The notes beneath the pieces are model-generated. The model saw only the letters and a program-made list of their open reading frames with translations. It did not search any database and had not been told where the DNA came from. Shown here one piece after another: positions 1 through 10,445 of a DNA stretch of 64,000 nt. The stretch covers positions 11,672 through 75,671 of the forward strand of contig JAHENZ010000260.1 of NCBI GenBank assembly GCA_018609755.1, in the 5' to 3' direction. A program made the translations under genes and the position numbers. Origin of the DNA: Salinivenus sp. (GTDB lineage Bacteria; Bacteroidota; Rhodothermia; Rhodothermales; Salinibacteraceae). The first letter of the stretch is position 1. Every line of letters begins with the position of its first letter.

Positions 1-415
1 GCCCCGTCACCTGCTCCGTCGTCCCATCCTCTCGGGCAACCGCCACCGTGTGCGAATCAATGAAGTGGGCGTCCCCCTCCCACACGTCGATGCCCATGTC
101 CTCAAAGATTTCCGGACGGTCCGCATCGTGATAGACCTCCTCTCGCACCGACCGTACGTGCTCCATGACGCCCGCAAAGTCCACCTCGACGTCCTGATCG
201 GTGAGACCGTACTTGCTAGCGGTGCGCGCCTGATGAGCCACTTTCGCCGCCTTCAAGAGGGTCTTGCTCGGCACACACCCCGTCCAGGTACAATCCCCTC
301 CGAGGGCCTCGCGCTCAATCATAGCGGTCTTCGCCCCAAAGTTGGTCGCAATGCCGGCGGCGGAGAGCCCTCCGGCCCCACCCCCGATGACGATCACGTC
401 GTACTGAGGAGACAT
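1..415 (-). CDS. Pyridine nucleotide-disulfide oxidoreductase (mercuric reductase/dihydrolipoamide dehydrogenase-like), 3' end outside window
   Basis: Absent from the ORF track; translated by hand from ATG at 415: MSPQYDVIVIGGGAGGLSAA...EREALGGDCTWTGCVPSKTLLKAAK. Contains the GxGxxG FAD motif and the redox-active CxxxxC (GGDCTWTGCVPSK). Confidence 0.9.
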   Translation of the reverse strand, partial: MSPQYDVIVIGGGAGGLSAAGIATNFGAKTAMIEREALGGDCTWTGCVPSKTLLKAAKVAHQARTASKYGLTDQDVEVDFAGVMEHVRSVREEVYHDADRPEIFEDMGIDVWEGDAHFIDSHTVAVAREDGTTEQVTG

Positions 416-532
416 ACGGCTGCAACTGGTATAAAAAGAGAAGAGTGCGAAGCTACAGGCGACCCGCGGGACACGCCCAGTTTGTACAGGGACGTGGTAC
501 AGCGTTACACCCTACTCTGCAGCCCCCCAATA

Positions 533-1003
533 CTACGGACGGGTGATGGTAACGGGGCGCTCATCGAACTGAGGGGGACCGCCCGAAATTTCTGCCGAGA
601 TCTCCTGAAAGTCGTCGTCCACGGTGCCCTGAATCGTAATGGGCAGATCCTGCCCATCGAACTGCACGTCGAAGCGAAGGGTGAGGCCGAGCGAGGGCTG
701 GCGATACGTTCCATCCGGGATTTGAAAGGCCCAGGAGGTGCCTCCCGCGGCAAGTTCGCCTTCCCCAACCACTCGGCTTCCGAACGACTCTTCCGGAAAG
801 TCCAACTCAAACGTCAGATCATACGCGACACTGTCCGTTTCGATCGTGCTCTGCCACTCTCCTTCAATCGAGTCGGGACCGGACGTTGCCCCTCCAGAAT
901 CGCACGCAGCAAAAAGAAATCCTCCCCCTGCAATGAGGAGAAGGGCAAGGACGCGATGAAGCACAGCACGACAGGAACGCGGATCGAGCATTTCAGTCGC
1001 CAT
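533..1003 (-). CDS. Hypothetical lipoprotein
   Basis: Hydrophobic signal ending in lipobox FAAC, followed by an acidic beta-rich domain. Start uncertain (1003 or 991). Confidence 0.65.
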   Translation of the reverse strand: MATEMLDPRSCRAVLHRVLALLLIAGGGFLFAACDSGGATSGPDSIEGEWQSTIETDSVAYDLTFELDFPEESFGSRVVGEGELAAGGTSWAFQIPDGTYRQPSLGLTLRFDVQFDGQDLPITIQGTVDDDFQEISAEISGGPPQFDERPVTITRP

Positions 1004-1103
1004 CGGAAGAACAGGCTGAATTCTGATAAAATCATCAGTGGACCCCATACTACAGGGTCTGCCCGCGACAGTTCGAGGCTACGTCCCTCATTCGCCTCCC
1101 TTC

Positions 1104-1709
1104 CTACGGCACGACCCACCCCCCATCAAAGCCCTCCTGATCGGGGTCAAACTGAAACTGCGCCCGATAATGTCCCTCGGGATGGAGGTGGAGCCAGTCC
1201 ATCTCATCGATCACCGTGCGGACCACCGCGAAATACTGCCGCCCGTCCGAAACGTCGTCGCGGGTCACGGGATCGGTTTTGACAGTCTCCTCCAAACCGT
1301 CCTCCGGAGCCGGTAGCGGTGTGCCGGGCGCCGCCTCTCGAACGTACACGTCCAGTGAGCGGGGCGATTCGGCCGCCCACATCTCGTCGGCAATCGCGTC
1401 GTCGAGGTGGATTGAGGCTGTGCCCTGGAGTCGGATCTGCTCCTTGGTGTCGGGATCCCAGGCGAGCCAGGCCACGCGTTCACGGTCCCGAATGTCAGCC
1501 ACTTTCTGCGACCGACGGTCCGTGTGGAACGCGAGCACCCGCTCGTCGGCATCCGCGTCACGCAGGACGACCATGCGAAGGTGCGGCGCTCCCCCCTGCT
1601 CCGTGCCGAACGGGAGCACACGAAGCGGATGTCCGGGCTCCGTAGCCGCCGCCTCTAGCCGGTGCCAGATGCGCTGTCGAACCGTGTCGAGACTTGAAAA
1701 GCGGTGCAT
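1104..1709 (-). CDS. Pyridoxamine 5'-phosphate oxidase-like FMN-binding protein
   Basis: Motifs PHLRMVVLR, FHTDRRSQKV and QIRLQGTA typical of the split-barrel PNPOx family. Confidence 0.85.
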   Translation of the reverse strand: MHRFSSLDTVRQRIWHRLEAAATEPGHPLRVLPFGTEQGGAPHLRMVVLRDADADERVLAFHTDRRSQKVADIRDRERVAWLAWDPDTKEQIRLQGTASIHLDDAIADEMWAAESPRSLDVYVREAAPGTPLPAPEDGLEETVKTDPVTRDDVSDGRQYFAVVRTVIDEMDWLHLHPEGHYRAQFQFDPDQEGFDGGWVVP

Positions 1710-1737
1710 AGACGCCAGAATGGATTGTTGAGAGAAT

Positions 1738-2397
1738 TCAGGTCGATCGCTGAACGTTCACGCGCAGGGAATCGCAGCCCGTGGCGGATGCATACAGTTC
1801 ATCTCCGTGCTCGACGGGGGCCACCCCCGACGGGGTTCCGGTATAGAGCAAATCGCCCGGCATGAGGGTGAAAATCTGCGAACAGTAGTGGATCAGTTCC
1901 GCGACCGGAAACATCATGTGCTCGGTGGAGGCTTCCTGTCGCACCTCGCCATTGACTTCCAGTCGAAGTGTCAGTGCCTGTGGATTGTCGATGGCGGTCG
2001 CCGGGGAAATCGGACCGAGGGGCGCAAATGTGTCAAACCCTTTCGCGACCGACCAGGGATGCCGCTGCTCTTTTGCCTCGTTTTGCAGATCCCGTGCCGT
2101 CATGTCGAGCCCCACGGCATACCCCGCGACGTGATCTAGGGCCTCCTGTTGTGAGATCTTGCGACCCTTTTTTCCAATGACGGCCACCAGCTCAATCTCG
2201 TGGTGCACGTCTCGGGATTGCGGTGGGAGGTGCACCGTTCCGCCGTCCCGAATGACGGCGGTCGCCGGTTTGAGAAACACCATCGGCGCGTCGGGCACCT
2301 CGCGCTCCATTTCGGCGGCGTGGTCGGCATAGTTGCGTCCAATGCAGAGAAGTTTGCCGATTGAGACCGTTCGATCGTCGGGGAGGGTGATCTTCAT
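1738..2397 (-). CDS. Fumarylacetoacetate hydrolase family protein (FAHD1/YcgM-like)
   Basis: Motifs CIGRNYADH, FLKP, HHEIEL, DMTARDLQ, KGFDTF and TGTPSGV. Confidence 0.93.
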   Translation of the reverse strand: MKITLPDDRTVSIGKLLCIGRNYADHAAEMEREVPDAPMVFLKPATAVIRDGGTVHLPPQSRDVHHEIELVAVIGKKGRKISQQEALDHVAGYAVGLDMTARDLQNEAKEQRHPWSVAKGFDTFAPLGPISPATAIDNPQALTLRLEVNGEVRQEASTEHMMFPVAELIHYCSQIFTLMPGDLLYTGTPSGVAPVEHGDELYASATGCDSLRVNVQRST

Positions 2398-2529
2398 GCG
2401 AAACAGAAGCTCGTCTGAGTGTAGTGTCGGAACGAGTGTACGGGCGGCGCGTGGTTTTGAGTCGCAACGGGCAAAAATCAGTCACTCTCGCGTCGGTACC
2501 CAACCCGGCGCTCCAAAGCAGAGACTCTC

Positions 2530-3018
2530 ATGTACGCGATAGTTGACGTTAAAGACAAGCAATTCAAGGTTCGAGAGGACGACACCCTCTACGTTCCCTA
2601 CCACTCGGACGCCGACGTGGACGAGCAGTTGACGCTCGACCGCGTCCTTCTCCTCTCTAACGAGGACGGCGACGTGACGCTGGGCACGCCAACGGTGGAC
2701 GGCGCCTCAATCACGGCCCGCGTGGTGGACCACGTAAAGGGCGACAAGGTGATCGTGTTTAAAAAGAAACGGCGCAAGCGATACCGTGTAAAACGCGGAC
2801 ACCGGCAGCAATACACCCAGATCGAGATCGAATCGCTGAACGCGAACGGGGAGGCCCCGGCGGCTCCTGCCGATTCGGAGGAGACGGACGATTCGGATGC
2901 CGAGGCCGAGGAACCGGACGTCGCGGAGGCGTCCGAAACGGAGGACGAGCCGACGGCTGAATCCTCTGATTCGGACGACGGCGATTCGGAGACCGCATCC
3001 GAGGAGGAGAATCAGTAG
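2530..3018 (+). CDS. rplU: 50S ribosomal protein L21 with long acidic C-terminal tail
   Basis: MYAIV...[32 protein letters not shown]; adjacent to L27. Confidence 0.97.
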   Translation: MYAIVDVKDKQFKVREDDTLYVPYHSDADVDEQLTLDRVLLLSNEDGDVTLGTPTVDGASITARVVDHVKGDKVIVFKKKRRKRYRVKRGHRQQYTQIEIESLNANGEAPAAPADSEETDDSDAEAEEPDVAEASETEDEPTAESSDSDDGDSETASEEENQ

Positions 3019-3093
3019 ACATTAGGCGATCCGGGCGCGAGATTCTGTCCCCTTTCCACTCGACACACTCCAAACCAATCCTGCGAGGTCGTT

Positions 3094-3351
3094 ATGGCAC
3101 ACAAAAAAGCAATGGGGTCGACCCAGAACGGTCGCGACTCCAATCCCAAGTATCTCGGCGTCAAGGCGTATGGTGGTGAGTTTGTGGACGCCGGCAACAT
3201 CATCGTGCGGCAGCGCGGCACGAAGTTCCACCCCGGCCACAACGTGGGGCAGGGCGGCGACGATACGCTGTTCGCGAAGGCGGAGGGCACCGTCCAGTTT
3301 AAGCGAAGCGGCGATCGGAAGTACGTGCACGTGGTGCCGGAAGAGGCCTAA
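3094..3351 (+). CDS. rpmA: 50S ribosomal protein L27
   Basis: [24 protein letters not shown]...[15 protein letters not shown]. Confidence 0.98.
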   Translation: MAHKKAMGSTQNGRDSNPKYLGVKAYGGEFVDAGNIIVRQRGTKFHPGHNVGQGGDDTLFAKAEGTVQFKRSGDRKYVHVVPEEA

Positions 3352-3375
3352 CGTCATTCCACGTTTCGATTTCGC

Positions 3376-3411
3376 AAAGCTCCTGTCGCCTCCGGGCGAG
3401 AGGAGCTTTTT
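3376..3411 (+). terminator. Rho-independent terminator after rplU-rpmA
   Basis: AAAGCTCCTGTCGCC-TCCG-GGCGAGAGGAGCTTTTT, a hairpin followed by a T-run. Confidence 0.8.
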
Positions 3412-3443
3412 GCGTTTGTGCCCGACTCGATCCATTCGGTTTC

Positions 3444-4685
3444 ATGGAGGACTTCTCACCGCAGGACCATTTTCGATTTCCTGACGAGCCGGAGGCCATC
3501 GAGCTCCGTGCCTTTACGCACGGCCTCCAGCCCGCCACGGTGCCCAAAATGATGGAGCACTTTACGGAGGACTGGCGGCGCTTCGGCGTGGATGCCTGGA
3601 ACAAGGTCCCCAATCACTGGCGCCCCGAACACGGAGAGTCGGTCGGATGGTGGACGCTCCCGACCTATCTCGGCGACGAGTTTATCGCCCCCCTCCTCGG
3701 TGCCCCCCAGGGCACCTGCATCCTTCAGCCACACGTTCATTGGACGGTGCAGTGCCTCCTTTCTGCGCCGGAGGTGCGAGATCGAGGCTCCAAAATCGTT
3801 CTGCCAGAGACCGCCTTCCCCTCCGTCCTGCACAGCACGCAGCAGTGGGAAGATCTCCAGTCGTTCCAGGCCTCCATCGTGCCGTCTATAGAAGACGACC
3901 GTGTCGACCAGGCGGCTCTGCTCGACGCGATCGACGAGGACACCGCCATGGTTGCGCTGAGCCACGTGGGCTTTACCACCGGCGCGCGACTGTCGGATGC
4001 GTTCCTCAAGCGCGTGGCGAACGAGGCGCATGCGCACGACGCCCTCGTCCTCATTGACGGCTACCATGCGGCAGGCTCGATGCCGGTGAACGTGACGGAC
4101 CTTGGGTGTGATTGCTACGTCGGCGGCCTGCTGAAAGAGGGCTGTGGCTCGTCCGGAAACACCTTTCTCTACGTCCGCGACGGCCTTCCCCTCACTCCCC
4201 GCCTTACGGGCTGGTTTGGCGATGCGGCCCCGTTCGAGTTTCGGCAAGCGCCCGAACCCCACCCGGACGTCCGGCGCCGCTTCCTGGGCGGCACCGTCGC
4301 CGTGGCGCCTATGTACCACGCCGTCGAGGGCGTGCGAATCCTCTTGGACCTCGGCCTTGACACGGTACGATCACACTCGCTCCACCTAACAGACCTCGCG
4401 ATCCAGCGCGCCGACGAGGCTCAGCTCTCACTTCGGTCTCCCCGCGACCGGGCGGCCCGCAGTGCGATGATTCTGCTAGAAGTCCCGGACGCCCACAAGC
4501 TGACGGCGACCCTCAAGAAGCACGACATCTACACCGACAGTCGTCGGAACGAGGTCGTCCGGATGGCCCCCTTTCTCTGGAATACAGAGGTCGACATCCA
4601 CCGCACCTTCGATCACATCGAGCGCGCTGTCGCCTCCGGCTCCTACCGCGACACGTCGGTATCAGCGTCAGGACCCGTCACCTGA
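3444..4685 (+). CDS. Class V PLP-dependent enzyme, kynureninase-like
   Basis: Motifs LSHVGFTTG, LIDGYHAAG, PLP-lysine region GGLLKEGCG, LTGWFG and RMAP; N-terminus resembles kynureninase. Confidence 0.75.
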   Translation: MEDFSPQDHFRFPDEPEAIELRAFTHGLQPATVPKMMEHFTEDWRRFGVDAWNKVPNHWRPEHGESVGWWTLPTYLGDEFIAPLLGAPQGTCILQPHVHWTVQCLLSAPEVRDRGSKIVLPETAFPSVLHSTQQWEDLQSFQASIVPSIEDDRVDQAALLDAIDEDTAMVALSHVGFTTGARLSDAFLKRVANEAHAHDALVLIDGYHAAGSMPVNVTDLGCDCYVGGLLKEGCGSSGNTFLYVRDGLPLTPRLTGWFGDAAPFEFRQAPEPHPDVRRRFLGGTVAVAPMYHAVEGVRILLDLGLDTVRSHSLHLTDLAIQRADEAQLSLRSPRDRAARSAMILLEVPDAHKLTATLKKHDIYTDSRRNEVVRMAPFLWNTEVDIHRTFDHIERAVASGSYRDTSVSASGPVT

Positions 4686-5593
4686 TCGGTCTCTACAGTG
4701 GGGGCATCCGACTGCGGCGTCGCAGTCCGGTGGCCCGTGCGGGGATCGAGGTGAAAAAATGCCACCAGGGCCGTAAACAGCTCCTCGTGCCGGCGCGCCA
4801 TGCGATGGGGCTGCTCGAAGAACGTCTCAACGGCCACAGCAAAAAATTCGGACGGGGCCTCCGCCGCATACGGCCGCAGAATGGACCGTCCGCGCCGCAC
4901 GCGCTTCATTTCTCGCCGAACGAGCGACTGCCAGTTTCCCGCCGACGCCGGGGCCACGAGGGACGGGACCCCGTCGGCGCCCTCGTTGTCGAAGTCGAAA
5001 AGGTGCGCCAGTTCGTGGAGCACCACATTGTCGGCGTCGCCCGAATCGGCCCAGCTGTCCTTCACCGACGGGGCCGTAAGAATGATTGGGCCTTGCTGGT
5101 GCGCCATGCCGTCGTAGGCAGCATCGGCACTGTCGTAATACTCGTCGTTGAAACGGTGGGGGTAGAACAGGACCGAGCGGCTGCCGGGCAACTCCCAATC
5201 GGGCCGCCCGTGGAGAAGCACCGCCGCTCCCGCCGCCACGCTCAGCCGAAGCACGTCGGTCACAACCACGCCCTGTACGCCCTCGAAGGAGTATTCGTCG
5301 AGAATGAACTGCACGTCGCGCTCAAACCGATCTCGTGCGTCAGCATCAAGCCGGGGATACAGCGGGACGTGGGTTCGGAGCCAGGCCCGGGCGTCCGCCG
5401 GAAGGGCCGTGCGAGCCAGCCGCCAGCGCCGGAACGGTTGCCATAGCCCCACCCCAAGGATGATTGTCGTAGGTACGATCCCCAAAAGCCCCCACCAGGG
5501 CCGTACCTGTAGCCCCACCATCGCCACAGCGCCGCCGACGACGAGAGCGAGCACGATCGTAGCCAGAACCGACGATCGACGAACGATTCGCAT
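4643..5593 (-). CDS. MtfA-like (M90) zinc-dependent peptidase with N-terminal membrane anchor
   Basis: NVVLHELAHLFD (HExxH), LRPYAAEAPSEFFAVAVETFFEQP and two N-terminal TM helices. Start chosen at ATG 5593. Confidence 0.88.
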   Translation of the reverse strand: MRIVRRSSVLATIVLALVVGGAVAMVGLQVRPWWGLLGIVPTTIILGVGLWQPFRRWRLARTALPADARAWLRTHVPLYPRLDADARDRFERDVQFILDEYSFEGVQGVVVTDVLRLSVAAGAAVLLHGRPDWELPGSRSVLFYPHRFNDEYYDSADAAYDGMAHQQGPIILTAPSVKDSWADSGDADNVVLHELAHLFDFDNEGADGVPSLVAPASAGNWQSLVRREMKRVRRGRSILRPYAAEAPSEFFAVAVETFFEQPHRMARRHEELFTALVAFFHLDPRTGHRTATPQSDAPTVETDQVTGPDADTDVSR

Positions 5594-6073
5594 ATGTTCG
5601 TCCAGTCTCCCGGACCTGATGGTGAGAAAAAGGAGGCGTGGATTTTGGGAAACGGCCCGACGGCGGCAGAAGTGCCGGATCACCCCTCGATGCCTTTCGA
5701 CTCCCGTCAACACGGCTCTAGTGGTGCGTCAAGTTTTCCATGTCGAATAGAGCCCCGATCAACGAACGGTATTCAGGCCGTTGAAGCATCATTCAAGCGG
5801 GCGTATTCAATTCGGCACCCGACGCCTTCGGCTTGACTGACCACTAGAGGCGTCTTTGAAGTGCCCCTCAACATTTCCTCGTTTCATCCGGGACGCTGCT
5901 GGACTCCGACCGTACCTCGTCCAGGACGAGCACGCTTTCCAGCGAGGGGATGATTCCAAAATTACTCCCTTTGACTGCCCCCTGTCCGAATCCCGAACAA
6001 TCCCCCTACCTGGAAGGTAGAGTATCAAGGTTTTCCGACCGCAAGTTTCTCCAATGAAAACGATTCTGGATCT

Positions 6074-8149
6074 ATGGGTGCGATGAACAAGCTGCGGGAA
6101 AATACCGCAGTCATTCTTTGGATTCTGGTGCTCTCGTTCGGCGTCATCTGGACGTTGCAGGACTCCAACGTCTTCGAGTCGATGAATCAGCCGAACCAAA
6201 ACGTGGCGACGGTGAACGAGACGACGATCAGTAACCAGGAGTACAACCAGGCCCTCGACCGACAACGACAGCAGATCAGCCAGCAGATGGACGGGGAAAT
6301 GCCCCCGCGCATGGAGGAGATGGTCCGCCAGCGGGCCTACGATCAGTTGGTCAATAATGCGCTGTTGGAACAGGAGATGGAGCGTCTCGGCATCACAGTG
6401 ACGGACGCCGAGATCGAAGATATGGTCTTTGGAGAGAACCCCCATCCCTTGATCCGCCGTCAGTTTGCCGACTCGACCGGACGGATCAACTACCAACTGC
6501 TTCGCAACATGGCCCAGAATCCGCAGGCCAATCCGCAATTTCTTCAGCTGGAAAGTTTTTTGAGGGAGCAGCGGCGCCAGCAGAAAATGACCTCGCTCGT
6601 GCAGTCGACCATCAACGTTTCCCAGGAGGACGTTGAGGAGTATTATTGGCGCCAAAATGCCTCGGCCTCAGCAGAGTACGTGGCGCTCCGCTACGCTTCC
6701 GTTTCGGATGACTCCATCTCGATCAGCGAGTCGGATCTCCGCTCCTACTACGAGGCGAACAAGGAGGAGTACGAGCGCAAGAAGACGCTGGACATGAACT
6801 ACGTCTCTCTGTCCAAGACGCCGACCGCCGAGGACACGGCGGCCGTTTTGAGCGACCTGGAGGACCTTCGGTCGGACTTTGCCAGTGCCGAGAACGACTC
6901 CCTCTTCCTAGAGCAAAACGCCTCGGAGCGTACCTTCTCCAACACCTTTCAGACGCCGGACCAGATGGACGAGGTCGTTGCAAACGCGGTGTATGAGGAT
7001 CCGTCGCCGGGACGTGTCGCCGGTCCCTTCACGGGCGGAAGTTTGGCGCACCTCGTGAAGATCCTCGACACGCAGCCTGCAGATGGCGAGTACGTCCACG
7101 CCTCCCACATTTTGCTTGAATCCGAGGCGGAAGACCCGGCCCTTCGGCAGCGGCTCCAGTCCATTCGCGACAGCATCGAATCGGGGGCCGCCAGCTTCGA
7201 CGCGATGGCGCGCCAGTATTCGGACGACCAGTCCGCCACCGACGGAGGCGATCTCGGTTGGTTCGGGGAAGGGCGTATGGTGGAGGCTTTTTCGGAGGCT
7301 GCGTTCAGTGCATCGCCCGGTTCGCTCGTCGGCCCGGTCAAGTCTGAGTTTGGATACCACCTGATCCGGGTACATCACAAGGCCTCCCAGGCCGTCAAGA
7401 TTGCGGATCTCGCGTTTAGCCTGAGTCCGAGCCAGGCCACTCTTTCGGACAAGCAGGCGACGCTCGACGACGTTGCATTCTACGCCGAAGACAATAGCTC
7501 CTTCACTGAAGAGGCAGAGCGCCGCGACCTGGAAGTACAGGAGGTCACGGCGGAGGCCGACCAGAGCTCGGTTCCGGGGATTGGCCAGAGCCGCACCCTC
7601 ACCAGCTTCATGGAGTCGGCCAAGGCCGGAAGCATCAGCGACGTGATCGAGCTCGACAATAAATTTGTTCTGTTGAAAGTGAATGAGGTGCAGCCGGAGG
7701 GCTACCGACCCTTTGAAGAGGTGAAGTCCCAGATCCGCCCACAAGTGGAGCTTCAAAAGAAACGAGCGATCCAGACGCGCCGGATGCAGCAGGCCCTCCA
7801 GCAGAACGGATTCCGGCAATTGCCGCAGGTTCTCGGAACGCAGATGCGCTCGCAGTCGGACATCACGTTTAACACGGAAACCGTGCCCGGCGTGGGTCGC
7901 GACCCGGCCTTTTCGGGCACCGTGTTCGGGCTCGACGAAGGGGAAACTTCTGGGGTCGTCGAGGGAGAGAATGCAGCCTTCGTCGTACGCGTGACCTCGA
8001 TGCAGGAGCCGCTGGAACTCACTGCCCAGCAGCGCCAACAGATTCGCCAGAAGCTGCTTAAGCAGCAGCAGCGTCAGGTATCGCAGCAGTGGATCTCGGC
8101 GCTGAAGGAGGACGCGACCATCGAGGACATGCGACAACAGGTCCGGTAA
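6074..8149 (+). CDS. PpiD/SurA-like peptidyl-prolyl isomerase chaperone
   Basis: N-terminal TM anchor, SurA_N-like region, and parvulin motifs HASHILL, GGDLGWF and GPVKSEFGYHLI. Confidence 0.9.
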   Translation: MGAMNKLRENTAVILWILVLSFGVIWTLQDSNVFESMNQPNQNVATVNETTISNQEYNQALDRQRQQISQQMDGEMPPRMEEMVRQRAYDQLVNNALLEQEMERLGITVTDAEIEDMVFGENPHPLIRRQFADSTGRINYQLLRNMAQNPQANPQFLQLESFLREQRRQQKMTSLVQSTINVSQEDVEEYYWRQNASASAEYVALRYASVSDDSISISESDLRSYYEANKEEYERKKTLDMNYVSLSKTPTAEDTAAVLSDLEDLRSDFASAENDSLFLEQNASERTFSNTFQTPDQMDEVVANAVYEDPSPGRVAGPFTGGSLAHLVKILDTQPADGEYVHASHILLESEAEDPALRQRLQSIRDSIESGAASFDAMARQYSDDQSATDGGDLGWFGEGRMVEAFSEAAFSASPGSLVGPVKSEFGYHLIRVHHKASQAVKIADLAFSLSPSQATLSDKQATLDDVAFYAEDNSSFTEEAERRDLEVQEVTAEADQSSVPGIGQSRTLTSFMESAKAGSISDVIELDNKFVLLKVNEVQPEGYRPFEEVKSQIRPQVELQKKRAIQTRRMQQALQQNGFRQLPQVLGTQMRSQSDITFNTETVPGVGRDPAFSGTVFGLDEGETSGVVEGENAAFVVRVTSMQEPLELTAQQRQQIRQKLLKQQQRQVSQQWISALKEDATIEDMRQQVR

Positions 8150-8989
8150 CTACGTGACCTGGAGTGAACCGCGGAAGACCGTGACGACGGGCCCTTCGAG
8201 GTAGCGCTCTTGCCCACGGCTCGTCGTTTCGGTCCCGACGGTGAACGTGCCCCCTTGCGTCTTCACCGTAAGGGGGTCTGCTTCTACCTGTTCGGTCGCC
8301 TGCGCGATGATGGCGGCCGCCAGTACGCCGGTCCCACAGGACAACGTTTCACCCTCTACGCCTTTTTCGTAGGTGCGAAGGTGCAGCGTGTCGTCCTCAA
8401 CCTCGACGAAGTTCACGTTCGCCCCCGGCGGATGCACACGAGCGTCGTGGCGAAGGGGCGGCGCCCACTCCTCGACGGGGACTGCACGTACGTCGGGTAC
8501 GAAGATCACGAGATGGCCGGTACCGGTGTTCACAGAGTGCACAGCCTGGGGACTGAACGGCAGTGTGCCCTCTAACGTCACGTTGAGCTCCAGTTCTGAA
8601 ACCGGCGGTACGTAGAGTCGGACGAGATCCGGCTGATCCGCTACAATGGCCGCATGATAGCGTCCGGCGTCCGTTTCGAATGCCAGCTCCGGCCCCTCAA
8701 AGTCGGCATTGAGGGCAAAGCGGGCCAGACACCGGGCGCCATTTCCGCACATCGTGGCCCAGGAGCCATCGGCGTTGACGTAGCGCATGCGGTAGTCCGC
8801 CCCCTCAGCATCCGTGTCCGTGAGGGCCAAGAGGCCGTCGGCCCCTACGCCGTATCGGCGGCGGCACCACGTGGCGGCGAGGTCGGATAACTCTTCGTCC
8901 GAAAAGCGATACCAGCGGTTGTCGAGAACGAGGAAATCATTCCCTGCCCCGTGCATTTTTGTAAATTCGACGACGAGCGATGGACTCAT
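8150..8989 (-). CDS. dapF: Diaminopimelate epimerase
   Basis: FTKMHGAGNDF, MCGNGARC, NVNFV, RTYEKGVEGETLSCGTG. True start ATG at 8989. Confidence 0.95.
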   Translation of the reverse strand: MSPSLVVEFTKMHGAGNDFLVLDNRWYRFSDEELSDLAATWCRRRYGVGADGLLALTDTDAEGADYRMRYVNADGSWATMCGNGARCLARFALNADFEGPELAFETDAGRYHAAIVADQPDLVRLYVPPVSELELNVTLEGTLPFSPQAVHSVNTGTGHLVIFVPDVRAVPVEEWAPPLRHDARVHPPGANVNFVEVEDDTLHLRTYEKGVEGETLSCGTGVLAAAIIAQATEQVEADPLTVKTQGGTFTVGTETTSRGQERYLEGPVVTVFRGSLQVT

Positions 8990-9257
8990 AAAAATGTATC
9001 GAGCGTTTCTGACTCCAGTGAGCGAATGCCGGCACGATCCGGAAGCGCGGTGCGTATAGGAACCATCCGAACCAATTTTCCGGGCTCTCAAAAGTTGTTT
9101 TGATTTTTCACGCCGGAAACGGATGTTGACAATCGCAGACGCGTCCGTCTTAGTCGTCCCGTACGTGTATTTCGCGTATGATCTGCCCCGGTCGACTATG
9201 TGAACGAGGACGTCTAAACCGAAAAACCATCGTCTTTCTGACAACCCTCCTAACCCG

Positions 9258-10208
9258 TTGCCCGAGAAACAACTGAGCATCGAAGGTACCGACCCGCTTC
9301 TCCTCTTCGGTTTCAACGACGTGTACCTCCGGAAGATCGAAAGTGCCTTTCCGGACACGCACATCACCGCCCGTGGCACCGAGATTCACCTCCAGGGCGA
9401 CGAGGAGGACATCGAGCAGGTCGAGCGCGTATTTAATGAAATGGTGGTCCTGTTGGACCGGAACGAGACCCTCACGGAGGACGACGTTGAGACGGTCCTC
9501 GCCCTCTTCGACTCCGAGGAGCCCGACACGCCGGACGTCGGAGACGCCGAGGCCATTCTCACAACGCCCGAAGACGAGGTGATCAAGCCGCGGTCGCCGA
9601 ATCAGAAGCGACTGGTCCGTTCGGCCCAGTCCAACGACGTCGTCTTTGCCATCGGCCCTGCGGGGACGGGAAAAACGTACGTGGCCGTGGCCATGGCCGT
9701 AGCTGCCCTGAACGAGCATCGGGTCAAACGCATCGTGCTCTCTCGCCCTGCCGTGGAGGCCGGCGAGCAACTGGGCTTTCTCCCGGGAGACTTCTACGAG
9801 AAGGTGGACCCGTACCTGCAGCCCCTCTACGACGCCATCGGGGACATGATGCCCCGCGAGCAAATGGCTGAGTACCTGGAGCAGGATCGTGTGGAGGTCG
9901 TGCCGCTCGCCTACATGCGGGGCCGCACGCTGAAGTCTTCTTTCGTCATCCTAGACGAGGCACAGAACGTGACGACGAGTCAAATGAAGATGTTCTTGAC
10001 GCGCCTCGGGCCGAAAAGCCAGGCGATCATCACTGGGGACATCACACAAACCGACCTCAAGAACCGGAGCGAAAGTGGGCTCATCCAGGTGCAGCATATT
10101 CTGAAGGACATTGAGGGAATCGACTTCATTTACCTTGAGCGCGAGGATGTGGTACGCCACCGGCTCGTGCGGGAAATCATCGCCGCGTACGAAGAACACG
10201 ACGGATGA
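9258..10208 (+). CDS. phoH: PhoH family ATPase (PhoH2/YbeZ-like)
   Basis: GPAGTGKT, SRPAVEAGEQLGFLPGD, YMRGRTL, DEAQN, LTRLG. Confidence 0.93.
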   Translation: MPEKQLSIEGTDPLLLFGFNDVYLRKIESAFPDTHITARGTEIHLQGDEEDIEQVERVFNEMVVLLDRNETLTEDDVETVLALFDSEEPDTPDVGDAEAILTTPEDEVIKPRSPNQKRLVRSAQSNDVVFAIGPAGTGKTYVAVAMAVAALNEHRVKRIVLSRPAVEAGEQLGFLPGDFYEKVDPYLQPLYDAIGDMMPREQMAEYLEQDRVEVVPLAYMRGRTLKSSFVILDEAQNVTTSQMKMFLTRLGPKSQAIITGDITQTDLKNRSESGLIQVQHILKDIEGIDFIYLEREDVVRHRLVREIIAAYEEHDG

Positions 10209-10445
10209 TTGTCCCCGTGTAACAGTTGCGAAATTCGAGAGGCACGTCGGAACGGTCCCTTTCTCAGTAGAATTGGGAAAAGATGTACCCTCTTTAAAAG
10301 TTTGGCTGGGTTCTTGTCGAGACTTCTTTCCACTCATCCGTGCACGCTACGTGCAAGTCTCCACTAAACGATTCCCCCTTGGAAACTCGGGGCCCCTCCC
10401 CCCGATCGCGTCCCGATCTGATCTTTTCTACGCGTAATACGCACC

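Noticed and set aside
50-1282. 410-aa plus-strand ORF
   Set aside because: Shadow frame over three clear minus-strand genes; Arg/Pro-rich with no motifs.
5807-6655. 282-aa minus-strand ORF and other long antisense ORFs (e.g. 6908-8137, 39020-40519, 61915-62829)
   Set aside because: Antisense to well-supported genes; expected in high-GC DNA.
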